Assembly: GCA_964016885.1 (NCBI GenBank)
Contig: OZ024740.1
Location: 212,536,001-212,600,000, forward strand
DNA from: Eledone cirrhosa
Taxonomy: Eukaryota
DNA: 64,000 nucleotides
Reading direction: 5' to 3'
The notes beneath the pieces were generated by a model. It was given only the letters and a program-made list of their open reading frames with translations. It was not told the origin of the DNA and did no database searches. A program made the translations under genes and the position numbers. Numbering within the stretch: position 1 is the stretch's first letter; each line of letters starts with the position of its first letter. Positions 26,925-38,910 of the stretch are shown in pieces.

Positions 26925-27700
26925 ATTTTCCCCATTTACAAATTCATAGACAACGCTACTTTCATCCAACGTACCAATAAGGAAACATATTTCATTAACA
27001 AATTCCAACCTCTACTTAATGCTCTAAAAATCGGACCAATCTAAAACTGCAACAAACAATCAAATATTTACAAGAGTTACCTCCCTCACACCCTACGTAA
27101 TCATTTTTCTTAAATAAATTAAATATCATCCAGCAAAAATTGCTTCTCTCTAAAAAGGGAAATCATATCAAACCTCAGTCCACCATTTGCCTCCATCATG
27201 GAATCATGGATCAACTAACCACTCTTGCTATATTAACACATTTTGATCTGCTTAACTTCAATAACTATGCCTGTAAATAACATTATTTTTTCTTCCACAT
27301 TGACTTTTATGCTCGACATTATGCACGTTTTTTTTTCCTTTTTCCTTTTTCTTTTCACTTCTTAAAGCTTGTTTGTAAATAACATTATTCTTTCTGCACT
27401 TTCTGTTTAACATGTGCGACACCACACTAATACATTTCACTATCATTTGATAATGCATAAAAATGCTGAAACCGGTAATAGACAATTATTAAATATATAA
27501 CTAGATAAATAAATGCCATTGTTAAATAATAAATAAATCAACTAATACCTTAACACTTCACACAAAGTAAAACATTTCGTTTTAATCATTTTCTAACCCA
27601 GAAAAAAGAGAGAGAGAAACAAAAAAGGAAAGAAATATATTTTTCTTCCTAATAATCGTCTCTTTCTCCCTGTTTTCATATATATTTATATATACATATA
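26925..27700 (+). mobile_element. Penelope GIY-YIG C-terminus plus AT-rich 3' region
   Basis: Plus strand reads [32 protein letters not shown], fitting the R..E..FI....P.LN terminal motif. Confidence 0.6.
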
Positions 27701-27753
27701 TATATATACATATATACGATATTAAACAAATGGAAACTATATTTATAAAACCA

Positions 27754-27828
27754 TATTTATTTCATTATACATATTTCAGGGATACCATATTAAAAATATG
27801 GCATGCCTTCGTCAGATAAAATACAATA
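27754..27828 (-). ncRNA. Minimal type I hammerhead ribozyme in a Penelope pLTR (27715-~28100)
   Basis: Reverse complement: CUGACGA-AGGcAUGCCAUAU..AUAUGGUAUcCCU-GAAA-UAUGUAUA. Confidence 0.75.
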
Positions 27829-28327
27829 TATAAACAGTTTTATAAATAATTTTGACGTACCATATTATAAGCGACCGTTATATTAGGAAGCTGTCTGGAT
27901 ATTGATGTGTTTATAATTATTTAGTTATAGTGTTAAGCACAGTTAGAAAAAAGACGGAGAGAAAGAAGAAACGGAGGTAAAGAAAAAACAGAGAGAGAGA
28001 GGGGAGAGAAAGAAAAGGAGAGAGAGAGAGAAAATATATAAATAGATAGGAGGAGGTGAAAAAGAAACAAGAAAGAAACAAGAAAGAAATAAGAGAGCCA
28101 AACAATATATATATATATATATATATATTTTATATATACATATATATTTTATATATACATATATATATATAGATATATATATATACACACATATATATAT
28201 ATACATATATATTTATACACATATATATATATATATATATTCATGTATATATATATATTTGAAAAAAGGAAAAGAATGATTTCACTTGTAAAGAATGTAT
28301 GATTTAATGTTATAATATAATATAATG

Positions 28328-28512
28328 GATTGATAGTATCGGTAGATGGTCGGGCGCCATGCTTTGAAGCAAAGAGTTACTTCCCTTTATGATCTGAGTT
28401 CAAATCCCGCCAAGGTTAACTTTGCCTTTCATCCTTACGGGGTCGATAAAATAAAGTACCAGCAATGCACTGGGTAATTGCTGGCCTTGTGCCAAAAGTA
28501 GAAACAATTATA
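28328..28512 (+). mobile_element. tRNA-SINE (same family as 11705)
   Basis: B box GAGTTCAAATCCC with the family body and tail. Confidence 0.85.
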
Positions 28513-29190
28513 ATATTATGAGTTAGTAGATCCAGTAAGTTCTTTGTTAACTTCGCTGGGAAGAATTTTAGCGATTCCTGGTTAACTTGGGCTGGAGAAC
28601 TTTCTCGCATTCGTGTCTGTGGCGATTGTCAAACTAAGATCAGGTTGTGTTGAAATGTGTGACTATATATAACAGAGATTTAGATGTGTCTGGGGTATGG
28701 CGTGTGGTGTTAATGACTGTTGATGATGATGCAGGTCCGGAGGAATTTAAAGTTTACATACACACACACGTACACACACATACACACACACATATATATA
28801 TATATATATACACTCAGAAAATGGTGAGGTTGTAAGATAAGTGTTTGTCTTCTGCTGGTTTTATTTCATTAGCTGACCTTTCATGAGTTTATAATGGCAT
28901 AGCTCTTCCAAATCCATAAAGAATATCTTCTACAGATTTCTATATCAAAGATGAATTTAGGTGCTTGTCTGAGTTTTAATGAGGTGTAAGATACATGTCT
29001 TTTGATAAGAATAAGATAACAGGAAAAAGAGAAAAGAAGGGCAGTTTGGGAATATTTGTCAAAGATGTGTTGTTGAGATTGGTCTGGGAAAGGAAGTGTG
29101 TGGGGGGAGGGGGCATGCTGGCTCACATATTTACTTCCCTATATGCAAATGTATCTACAGTCCATATATACTACATACAAACACATATCA

Positions 29191-29256
<66 letters not shown>

Positions 29257-29412
29257 TATAATAATATATTTATTTTATATATTATATATATATATATTTA
29301 TTAAAATAAAATATTTATTTTAATAAATATTTGCTCTACGGTTCTTATATATTTGATATATATTTATCCTTATCGAGCCCTCTTTGGATTTTAGTCTTGA
29401 AATGTATTATTA

Positions 29413-29472
<60 letters not shown>

Positions 29473-29593
29473 TATTGAAGTTTCCGTTGAAAATTGAAAA
29501 GGTCATAGGACTGAAGAGTACTCTATGTAAGTACCAGAGCTAAATTTAAGGTATAATAAACAATACAATATAATTACCTCATTACCAGAGGTT

Positions 29594-29694
29594 TCCCGAA
29601 TAAGACGAATACAAGAAACGTCCTCATTCGGTCGTCCTGGGACGTTTCTTGTATTCTTGAATGAGAACGTTTCTTGTATTCGTCTTATTCGGGA
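29594..29694. mobile_element. ~100-bp fold-back / MITE-like element
   Basis: 36-bp inverted repeats (29594-29629, 29659-29694) with 1 mismatch. Confidence 0.7.
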
Positions 29695-29695
29695 T

Positions 29696-29726
29696 TAACC
29701 CTAACCCTAACCCTAACCCTAACCCT
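29696..29726. repeat. Interstitial telomere-type repeat (TAACCC)5
   Basis: TAACCCTAACCCTAACCCTAACCCTAACCCT. Confidence 0.85.
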
Positions 29727-29794
29727 CATTCCCATCCACACCACCCCCTTTTTCTGTAAAGTTATGTTGGTACCACAACATCCAGTTCTTAATA

Positions 29795-30056
29795 AATGAG
29801 GTCGAATAGGTGCCGCGACAAAAAAACACACAGTCCACACTGTAATGTGGCCGTGTAGATAACACGGTAAAAACCTCCCAGTCCACACTGTAAACGTGGG
29901 TGGTGTTAGGAAGGGCATCCAGCCGTAGAAAACCTGCCAGACAGTCCCATACGAGCGAGACAACCAATCTTGCCTCAAGTGGGACAATTCCCGTCTAAAC
30001 CCATGTTAGCGTGGATGATAGAGGTTAAACGATCATGTTGATGTTGATGATGCTGA
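29795..30056 (+). mobile_element. RTE 3' UTR and terminus with two 48-bp-type units
   Basis: CCACACTGTAA units, GTTAGGAAGGGCATCCAGCCGTAGAAA and a (GAT)n-like tail. Confidence 0.75.
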
Positions 30057-30070
30057 TATATACATATATA

Positions 30071-30478
30071 TATGGTGGCTGCCAACTCGTTTTCGAGTAC
30101 GGCCACTACTTTATATCCATGTAGGAGAACCCCTACCGATGCGCTGAAAGAGTGTGACTTTTTAGTCCAGCCAGCGACTTGAAAACTCTGGTACAAACAC
30201 TACACTTGTGACAATTATTGACACATAGTGCTGGGCCTATGGTACCATGTGACGACAAGTGCAGAGAGATATCCAGATACAAAGCAATGCCTGTGCCGTG
30301 AAGCTTTTATAGTGAGCAAAGGCACTGCACAAAGCCAGTCCCACTCTCTTAACCAAGATGATATTTACCAAAAAGAAGAACAAGTCAACATCATTGGATA
30401 CCAACAGGGTTGCAGGTGTTATATCAGAGTCTTCCTTCTCCTAGAATTCTGCCTTGACAAAGGCTAAGGGGTCATCTC
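30071..30478 (-). mobile_element. RTE-derived non-autonomous element, 5'-truncated
   Basis: Highly similar to 9269-9643 and to the reverse complement of 54590-54972. Confidence 0.85.
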
Positions 30479-30549
30479 TATATATATATAGACATATATA
30501 AATACACACATATATATATCCACATATATATATACATATATATATCCAC

Positions 30550-30584
<35 letters not shown>

Positions 30585-30647
30585 CATATACACATATATA
30601 TATATACATATATATATATACACATATATATATACACATATATATAT

Positions 30648-32559
30648 CTTGGTTGTCCATCGTAAATGATGATGACATCTTCTTTATTTTAGTTCCCGTC
30701 TGCCGTCGTCACGAATGTGGCTGTGGAGGCCGATTCTTGACTTGCAGGTCCGGGGGCAGTGGGAGCAAGGGGAGAGACCGGGGTCGCTTGGGGCAGCTGT
30801 TTATGCCTTTCTCCTCCTTTCACGGGCTTCAGTGACTTCTACCCGTCTCTTTTCTTCAAAAGAGTCTTTGGCGTGTCTGATAAGGGCTCGCCACTCAGTC
30901 CTGTCCTGAGCATGACACTCGAGTTGTTTTGGGGCGATTTCAGTGTTGTTCAGGATGAGTGTCTTCAGGCGGCCAAGGGCTCGACTGGCTTTGCAGTTCC
31001 TGGCATTTATCTCCTTGTCGAGGCTTCCATCGCTGCTGATAACACTGCCGAGGTACTTGAAGTCGTCCACCGTCTTTAGCTGGGTGCCTCCGATGGAGAT
31101 GGAAGGGGGGTGGGCGACGGAGGCAGGTGCAAGCTGGAACAGGACCTAAGTCTTGCCAAGGCTAATTGTGAAACCGAAGAGGCAGGAGGCCTCCGCGAAC
31201 TTGTTGACGATGTCTTGTTCATGCAGTCTTTGAACCTCATGAGAGGCCTGCCCGCTTTCGTTTCCCCGAACAGAGTTCCCCATACATCAGTTGCTTCGGA
31301 AGCCTGTGATCGTCCATCCGGATGACATGTCCCACTCATCGAAGTCGGCTCTTCAGTATTATAGCTTCAACACTGGTTGTCTCAGCCATGCCAAAAACTT
31401 CGAGGTTGGAGACCTTGTCCTGCCATTTGATATTCATGATTGACCGCAGGCTGTACATGTGGAACCGTTCCAGCTGCTTCAGGTGCCTTCTGTACAGGGT
31501 CCATGTCTCACATCCGTAGAGGAGGCTGGTGAGAACAACTGCCCTATACACCTTGAGCTTGGTGGACTGCCTGGTGTTATGCTGGTTCAGGATGCGTGTC
31601 TTCAGGCGGCCAAGGGCTCGACTGGCTTTGCAGTTCCTGGCATTTATCTCCTTGTCGAGGCTTCCATCGCTGCTGATGACACTGCCGAGGTACTTGAAGT
31701 CGTCCACCGTCTTTAGCTGGGTGCCTCCGATGGAGATAGAAGGGGGGTGGGCGACGGAGGCAGGTGCAAGCTGAAACAGGACCTAAGTCTTGCCAAGGCT
31801 AATTGTGAAACCGAAGAGGCAGGAGGCCTCCGCGAACTTGTTGACGATGTCTTGGAGGTCAGACTCCCTGTGGGCCATGAGGGTACAGTCATCAGCAAAA
31901 AGTGCCTCCAGGACGATCCTCTGCACGGTCCTTGTCTTGGCTGTCAGATGCCGCAGGTCAAACAGGGAGCCGTCCAGTCTGTATCGCAGATACACTCCGT
32001 GCTCGAGGTCCCTGGGGGCATGATTGAGCACGCAGGTGAAGAACAGGTTGAAAGGACGGGAACCAGCACGCATCCTTGCTTGACGCCGTTGGTGATTCCG
32101 AGCGGCTCCAGTGCCTCTCCGCCCGAGCACACCTGCCCGGTCATGTCATCATGGAATTGCCGTATCAGGTTCATAAACTTTGTCGGGAATCCAAACTTCA
32201 ACAGGATCAACCAGAGGGCCTCCCTGTTGACAGTGTCGAAGGCCTTCGTCAAGTCTATGAAGACAGCAAAGAGGTCCATGTTCTGCTCGACACACTTCTC
32301 CTGCACCTGGGGTACAGAGAAGATCATGTCGATCATGATGCAGTTTGGACGAAACCCACACTGGGCCTCAGGCAGATTGTCCTCTGAGATGTTGGCGATA
32401 GGGCGGTTGAGCATGATCCGAGCCAGGACCTTCCCAGCGATGGACAGGAGAGAAATGCCCTGATAGTTGCTACAATCAGTTTTGCTGCCTTTGTTCTTAA
32501 AAAGTGAGACAACTGTGGCATCCCTGAAATCTTGGGGCACCTCTTTGGGCACCTCTTCA
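30648..32559 (-). mobile_element. RTE (BovB-like) LINE RT region with internal ~280-bp duplication
   Basis: [61 protein letters not shown]. Segment 30940-31215 duplicates 31580-31850. Confidence 0.92.
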
Positions 32560-32756
32560 TATATATATACACGTATACATATATATATACACATATATAT
32601 ATATATATCCATATATATATATATATATACATCTATATATATATATATACATCTATATATATATATATATATATACATATATATACACACACATATATAT
32701 ATATATATATATCCATATATATATATATACATATATATACATATATATACACATAC

Positions 32757-32803
<47 letters not shown>

Positions 32804-32865
32804 TATACATATATATACACATACATATATATATATATATATATACATATATATAAATATATATA

Positions 32866-32899
<34 letters not shown>

Positions 32900-32912
32900 T
32901 ATAAATATATAT

Positions 32913-32963
<51 letters not shown>

Positions 32964-32976
32964 TATAAATATATAT

Positions 32977-33023
<47 letters not shown>

Positions 33024-33291
33024 AGTATGTATGTATACGTACATACATATATGTATACAGACGTACAGTAGCATGCATATATATATATATATATACATAC
33101 ATACATGCAGGTACACATACATATATGCACGCATCAGTTTAGCAGACGCTTATTATTCATAAGGAAATTTTCATAAGGAAAGTATATATTTTCGAACGTT
33201 AATTTTCATAAGGAAAGTATATACTTTCGAACGTTAATTTTCATAAGGAAAGTATATACTTTCGAACGTTCAACTATCTGGCAGATGGGTA

Positions 33292-33336
33292 AACGGTGCT
33301 GATGATAGCTAACAAGCTTGAAACTAGTACATTGTT
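33292..33336 (+). ncRNA. Minimal type I hammerhead ribozyme, array copy 1
   Basis: AACGGTG-CTGATGA-tAGCT AACA AGCTt-GAAAC-TA-GTA-CATTGTT. Confidence 0.78.
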
Positions 33337-33759
33337 CCTGTGTCAGTGTTGAACAAAAAGGTGACGTGGTTGCCTTAACACCGTATGGCATAAATTCAGG
33401 CTGTTCAGTTTGTTGACAAACGAACAAAGCAAGCGCTATAATAAGCGTCTGCTAAACTGATGCGTGCATATATGTATGTGTACCTGCATGTATGTATGTA
33501 TATATATATATATATGCATGCTACTGTACGTCTGTATACATATATGTATGTACGTATACATACATACTTACATTTAAGTAAGTGCCATACTAAGAGTGAG
33601 AAATGAAATTTCGTTTTTCGTTTTCATTTTTTTCAACTTATCGTTTTCGGTATGCCTGACCGATTTAACTCACTCAATATGCAAATTAGGCTGCTCAGCC
33701 GTTAATTTTCATAAGGAAAGTATATACTTTCGAACGTTCAACTATCTGGCAGATGGGTA

Positions 33760-33804
33760 AACGGTGCTGATGATAGCTAACAAGCTTGAAACTAGTACAT
33801 CGTT
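33760..33804 (+). ncRNA. Minimal type I hammerhead ribozyme, array copy 2
   Basis: AACGGTG-CTGATGA-tAGCT AACA AGCTt-GAAAC-TA-GTA-CATCGTT. Confidence 0.8.
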
Positions 33805-34233
33805 CCTGTGTCAGTGTTGAACAAAAAGGTGACGTGGTTGCCTTAACACCGTATGGCATAAATTCAGGCTGTTCAGTTTGTTGACAAACGAACAAAGCAA
33901 GCGCTATAATAAGCGTCTGCTAAACTGATGCGTGCATATATGTATGTGTACCTGCATGTATGTATGTATATATATATATATATATATATGCATGCTACTG
34001 TACGTCTGTATACATATATGTATGTACGTATACATACATACTTACATTTAAGTAAGTGCCATACTAAGAGTGAGAAATGAAATTTCGTTTTTCGTTTTCA
34101 TTTTTTTCAACTTATCGTTTTCGGTATGCCTGACCGATTTAACTCACTCAATATGCAAATTAGGCTGCTCAGCCGTTAATTTTCATAAGGAAAGTATATA
34201 CTTTCGAACGTTCAACTATCTGGCAGATGGGTA

Positions 34234-34278
34234 AACGGTGCTGATGATAGCTAACAAGCTTGAAACTAGTACATCGTT
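34234..34278 (+). ncRNA. Minimal type I hammerhead ribozyme, array copy 3
   Basis: Identical to copy 2; CTGATGA at 34241. Confidence 0.8.
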
Positions 34279-34436
34279 CCTGTGTCAGTGTTGAACAAAA
34301 AGGTGACGTGGTTGCCTTAACACCGTATGGCATAAATTCAGGCTGTTCAGTTTGTTGACAAACGAACAAAGCAAGCGCTATAATAAGCGTCTGCTAAACT
34401 GATGCGTGCATATATGTATGTGTACCTGCATGTATG

Positions 34437-34472
<36 letters not shown>

Positions 34473-34713
34473 TGCTACTGTACGTCTGTATACATATATG
34501 TATGTACGTATACATACATACTTACATTTAAGTAAGTGCCATACTAAGAGTGAGAAATGAAATTTCGTTTTTCGTTTTCATTTTTTTCAACTTATCGTTT
34601 TCGGTATGCCTGACCGATTTAACTCACTCAATATGCAAATTAGGCTGCTCAGCCGTTAATTTTCATAAGGAAAGTATATACTTTCGAACGTTCAACTATC
34701 TGGCAGATGGGTA

Positions 34714-34758
34714 AACGGTGCTGATGATAGCTAACAAGCTTGAAACTAGTACATCGTT
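34714..34758 (+). ncRNA. Minimal type I hammerhead ribozyme, array copy 4
   Basis: Identical to copy 2; CTGATGA at 34721. Confidence 0.8.
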
Positions 34759-35062
34759 CCTGTGTCAGTGTTGAACAAAAAGGTGACGTGGTTGCCTTAA
34801 CACCGTATGGCATAAATTCAGGCTGTTCAGTTTGTTGACAAACGAACAAAGCAAGCGCTATAATAAGCGTCTGCTAAACTGATGCGTGCATATATGTATG
34901 TGTACCTGCATGTATGTATGTATATATATATATATATATGCATGCTACTGTACGTCTGTATACATATATGTATGTACGTATACATACATACTTACATTTA
35001 AGTAAGTGCCATACTAAGAGTGAGAAATGAAATTTCGTTTTTCGTTTTCATTTTTTTCAACT

Positions 35063-35112
<50 letters not shown>

Positions 35113-35294
35113 CAACGAAGGAAGTGTGGTAAGGAACCAGGTGGACCATAACGCACCAGGGTACTCCATACTTTGGGTAGTAGAGTGGGTAGTAGGAAAA
35201 GGTTCAGGACCTCGGCGGGTCCTATATATACATATATATATATATACACATATATATATATATATACACACAAATATATACACACATACACATA

Positions 35295-35356
<62 letters not shown>

Positions 35357-35361
35357 CATAT

Positions 35362-36474
35362 AAATGGTAGAACTAGAGAAGAAATTCCTTGTAAGTAGAC
35401 GAGAAAACAGAACCCAAATCCCCTCAGGGAAATGGCCTTGCTCAGTATGTAGGAAATGTGTAGGTAGGAACTCCAATCTCTGCCCCAAATGCAAACAATG
35501 GGTACACAAGGGATGTAGCGGGATCTCAGCAATCAGCCACAGGAAACAAGTACCACCAAACACTGGGGCTCTGTAGAAACAGTAGACATCTTCTGCTACC
35601 TATGTGACCGAATTAGCAGTGGAGGTGGGTGTTCGGAAAGTACAATAACTAGGGTAAGAACGGGATGGAAGAAGTTCAGGGAACTACTGCCACTGCTAGC
35701 TGCAAAAGGCTTTTCCCTCAAAATGAAAGACAGACTGTATGATGCGTGTATACGAACAGCAATGTTACATGATAGTGAGACCTGGGCGCTGTCTGCGGAA
35801 GACTTGCGTAGATTAGAAAGAAACGAAGTCTGCATGCTCCGATGGATGTGTAATAGTAATATACGCGAACGGCAAAACATAAATGAATTGAGATAAAGAC
35901 TGAGCATAAGAAGAATCAAATGCTGTGTGCAGGAGTGACCGTTGCGTTGGTATGGACATGTAATGCGTATGAAGGATGACAGCTGCATAAAAAGGTGCAG
36001 AGCACTAGAAGTCGTGGGAAACCGTGGAGTGGGGAGACCCAAGAAGACCTGGGATGAGGTGATAAAAGCCGACCTTACCCAATTACACCTCTCAAAGGTG
36101 ATGACACACGACCGTGACCTCTGGCGTCACGTAGTAATACAGAAGACCCGACCACCCATGGGTACAAGCCGAAGCTGAAGCATATAGACAATATGCCCCC
36201 ACACCCTCCCACTGCGAAGTGGTCGTGGAGGTGCCACGGCAAAAAAGCACCCAGCCCACACTGTAAAGTGGACGTGTAGGCGCCACGGAAAAAAGCACGC
36301 AGCACTCACTATAAATGAGGTTGGTGTTAGGAAGGGCATCCAGCTGTAGAAATCAAGCCAGAATCAGTTCCCGTATGAGCAAGGCATGGTTAGCCGACCG
36401 GACACTGCCCACAACAGGACAACCTGTCTAACCCATGCTAACGTGGAAGAATGGACGTAAAACGGTGATGATGA
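35362..36474 (+). mobile_element. RTE LINE 3' portion with Cys/His finger, 3' UTR and tail
   Basis: WPCSVCRKCVGRNSNLCPKCKQWVHKGC, FCYL, WKKFRELLPLL, LRWYGHVMR, GRPKKTWDEV; (GAT)n tail. Confidence 0.88.
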
Positions 36475-36597
36475 TATATATACAAAGATATATATACATA
36501 TATATATACAAATATATATATATACATATATATATACACACATAAATATATACATATATATATATATACATATATATATACACACATAAATATATAC

Positions 36598-36645
<48 letters not shown>

Positions 36646-36769
36646 TTATATACATATATATACACACATATATATATACATATATATATATACATATGTA
36701 TATATATAAGTATATATATATGTATACATATGTGTGTATATATGTATATATATAAGTATATGTAGCAGG

Positions 36770-37805
36770 AGCTATATCTCTGCTAATAAAAATATGTTTT
36801 ATGATAAGGCTGAATATTATAATGAAGCTTTAAATAGAGCAGCATTGTCGAATAAATACGTTGATAACAATAACATGGAAAATCACCCTAGTATTAAACT
36901 AGTTATAAACAATTTAACTTAAACACTAAGCCAAACAAAAAAACTAGAACTAGAAATATTATTGGTCCCCCCCCCCTCCCCCCATTCTCTTTAAGCGTTA
37001 AAACACCTCTAGCAAAGCTATTTTTTAAAGCACTAGACAAATGTTTTCCTAAAGCCCACAGATACCACTCTATTTTTAACAGATATACTATAAAACTCTC
37101 CTACTCTACTACTATGAACATAGCACAAAACAAATAGAATTAATAATAGAAACTTAAATGTATCCCCTAACCAAAATTGCAATAATAATAATTCTAGGAA
37201 TATCCAGTATAATAGTACCGTTCCGAGCAACAACTCCGTAAAATGTAACTGTAGAATCAAATCAAACCCCCTTTTACAAAATAATTGTTTAGTTAAAAAT
37301 GTAGTTTATAAATGCACTGTTAAATCTAGAGATAATATATTTAACTATGACGGTGCCACTTCTACATAATTTAAACAACGCTGGAATAACCATAATCATA
37401 CTTTTAAAAGATCTGATAAAAATCTTCTACTTCAGTTTCACATCTTATATGGAACTTAAAAAGCAAGAATATAGACTATTCAATATCTTGGAAAACGATT
37501 TCGAAAGCACCTGCGTAACGAAATATGGCTTTATCAAAATTCTGTAGATTGTGTATCGATGAAATTTTTTATATAATTAACAGTCAAAACGCTATTAATC
37601 TCAGAACAGAATTATTTTCTTCTTGCAGACACCGCCAACATTCCCCGTTCAGAACTATGTTTAATTTATAATATTTAATTTATAACCTTCAAAATGATCT
37701 TATCTTCTTTAACAATTTAAAATTTTTAATATTTTAACATCTTAATATTTATAAATGGTAATATCTCTAATATTTGTAATATTTTCACCTTTCAGCAAAA
37801 ATTCC

Positions 37806-37879
<74 letters not shown>

Positions 37880-38850
37880 TTATACATATATATATATATA
37901 TGAGCGTATGTATATAATTTTAATTTTTAATCTTTTAATTCTTACATTATTATTTTTCTAATGATACTTTCTATAAAAAAATGTTTAGACGTAGATAATC
38001 ATTAATTGATAATCATTAATTGATAATCATTAATTGAAAAATATATCCTTTTCACGACAGTTTCTTAGATAAACACATCACGTATCTCCTCTTTTGGTTT
38101 TTATGATTCTCAAACATTCACACATCTTTCGACTAAAATAATTAATTAATCTCACACTTCTTCAAATTCATCGATTAACAAACTAAATTGTTATCTTTCC
38201 TTTCTCAGTTATTATATATGTAACTCCGATAAATTAACAATACATCTTCAACGCTGAACAAAATATTCAAATCTATCTATTTACATATAACACAAAATCA
38301 ACATCCCTCGTAAGTCATATTATAAACAACTAATAACTGTAAATTATGAATATCTTTTTAACAATTATTAATATATATAGATATTTATACATATATCCTA
38401 ATACAATATTTCAATAAGATAAATACTTACAAACATAATTCTCCATATAAGTATAATATAGGTAAATATTCAAATTTTTCTTCCCCCAAATTAACGTAAA
38501 TATGTGGTTTTCTTTTCTTTTTCTCCCTTTTTCTGTCTCTCCTAATAATACAAACATATATCTAAATTTCTCTAGCGTCTAAAATAACGGTTTTTCAATC
38601 ATATACCCAACCTCATTTACATATTCATTAGCATACTCATTCTAACAATTTAAAATCCACTATCCAAGGAATACTTCAACTGATAAGGTATGTTCCTTGG
38701 CTATGTAAAAAATTTATAAAACACACTTTGTATTTTATCTGATGAAAGCATACCAAAGTTTTTGGTACCCTTGAAATATATCAAATAGAATAAATATGGT
38801 TTTATAAATATAGTTTCCATTTATTTAATATCATTGTATATATATTATTA
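36770..38850 (+). mobile_element. Second Naiad-type Penelope element, heavily degenerate
   Basis: [55 protein letters not shown]; homologous to 16870-17950; terminal HHR. Confidence 0.8.
38729..38795 (+). ncRNA. Minimal hammerhead ribozyme at the Penelope 3' end
   Basis: TATTTTAT-CTGATGA-AAGcATACCAA..TTGGTAccCTT-GAAA-TATATC. Confidence 0.68.
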
Positions 38851-38866
38851 CAACAATATGACCCTC

Positions 38867-38904
<38 letters not shown>

Positions 38905-38910
<6 letters not shown>

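Larger units (their letters stand above)
33021..35063 (+). mobile_element. Tandem array of a ~474-bp non-coding, HHR-containing unit (non-LTR retrozyme-like) with an inverted 5' segment
   Basis: Unit ends at 33639, 34113, 34593 and 35063 (periods 474, 480, 470, differing in TA-tract length). 33021-33156 is the reverse complement of 33437-33571. Confidence 0.85.

Noticed and set aside
29505-29550. CTGAAGA-GTACT..AGTAC hammerhead-like motif
   Set aside because: No GAAA after stem II; at best a dead relic.
33206-34849. Repeated 66-73-aa minus-strand ORF (MFVCQQ...)
   Set aside because: Non-ATG start, no recognisable motif, and antisense to the HHR; repetition only reflects the tandem array.
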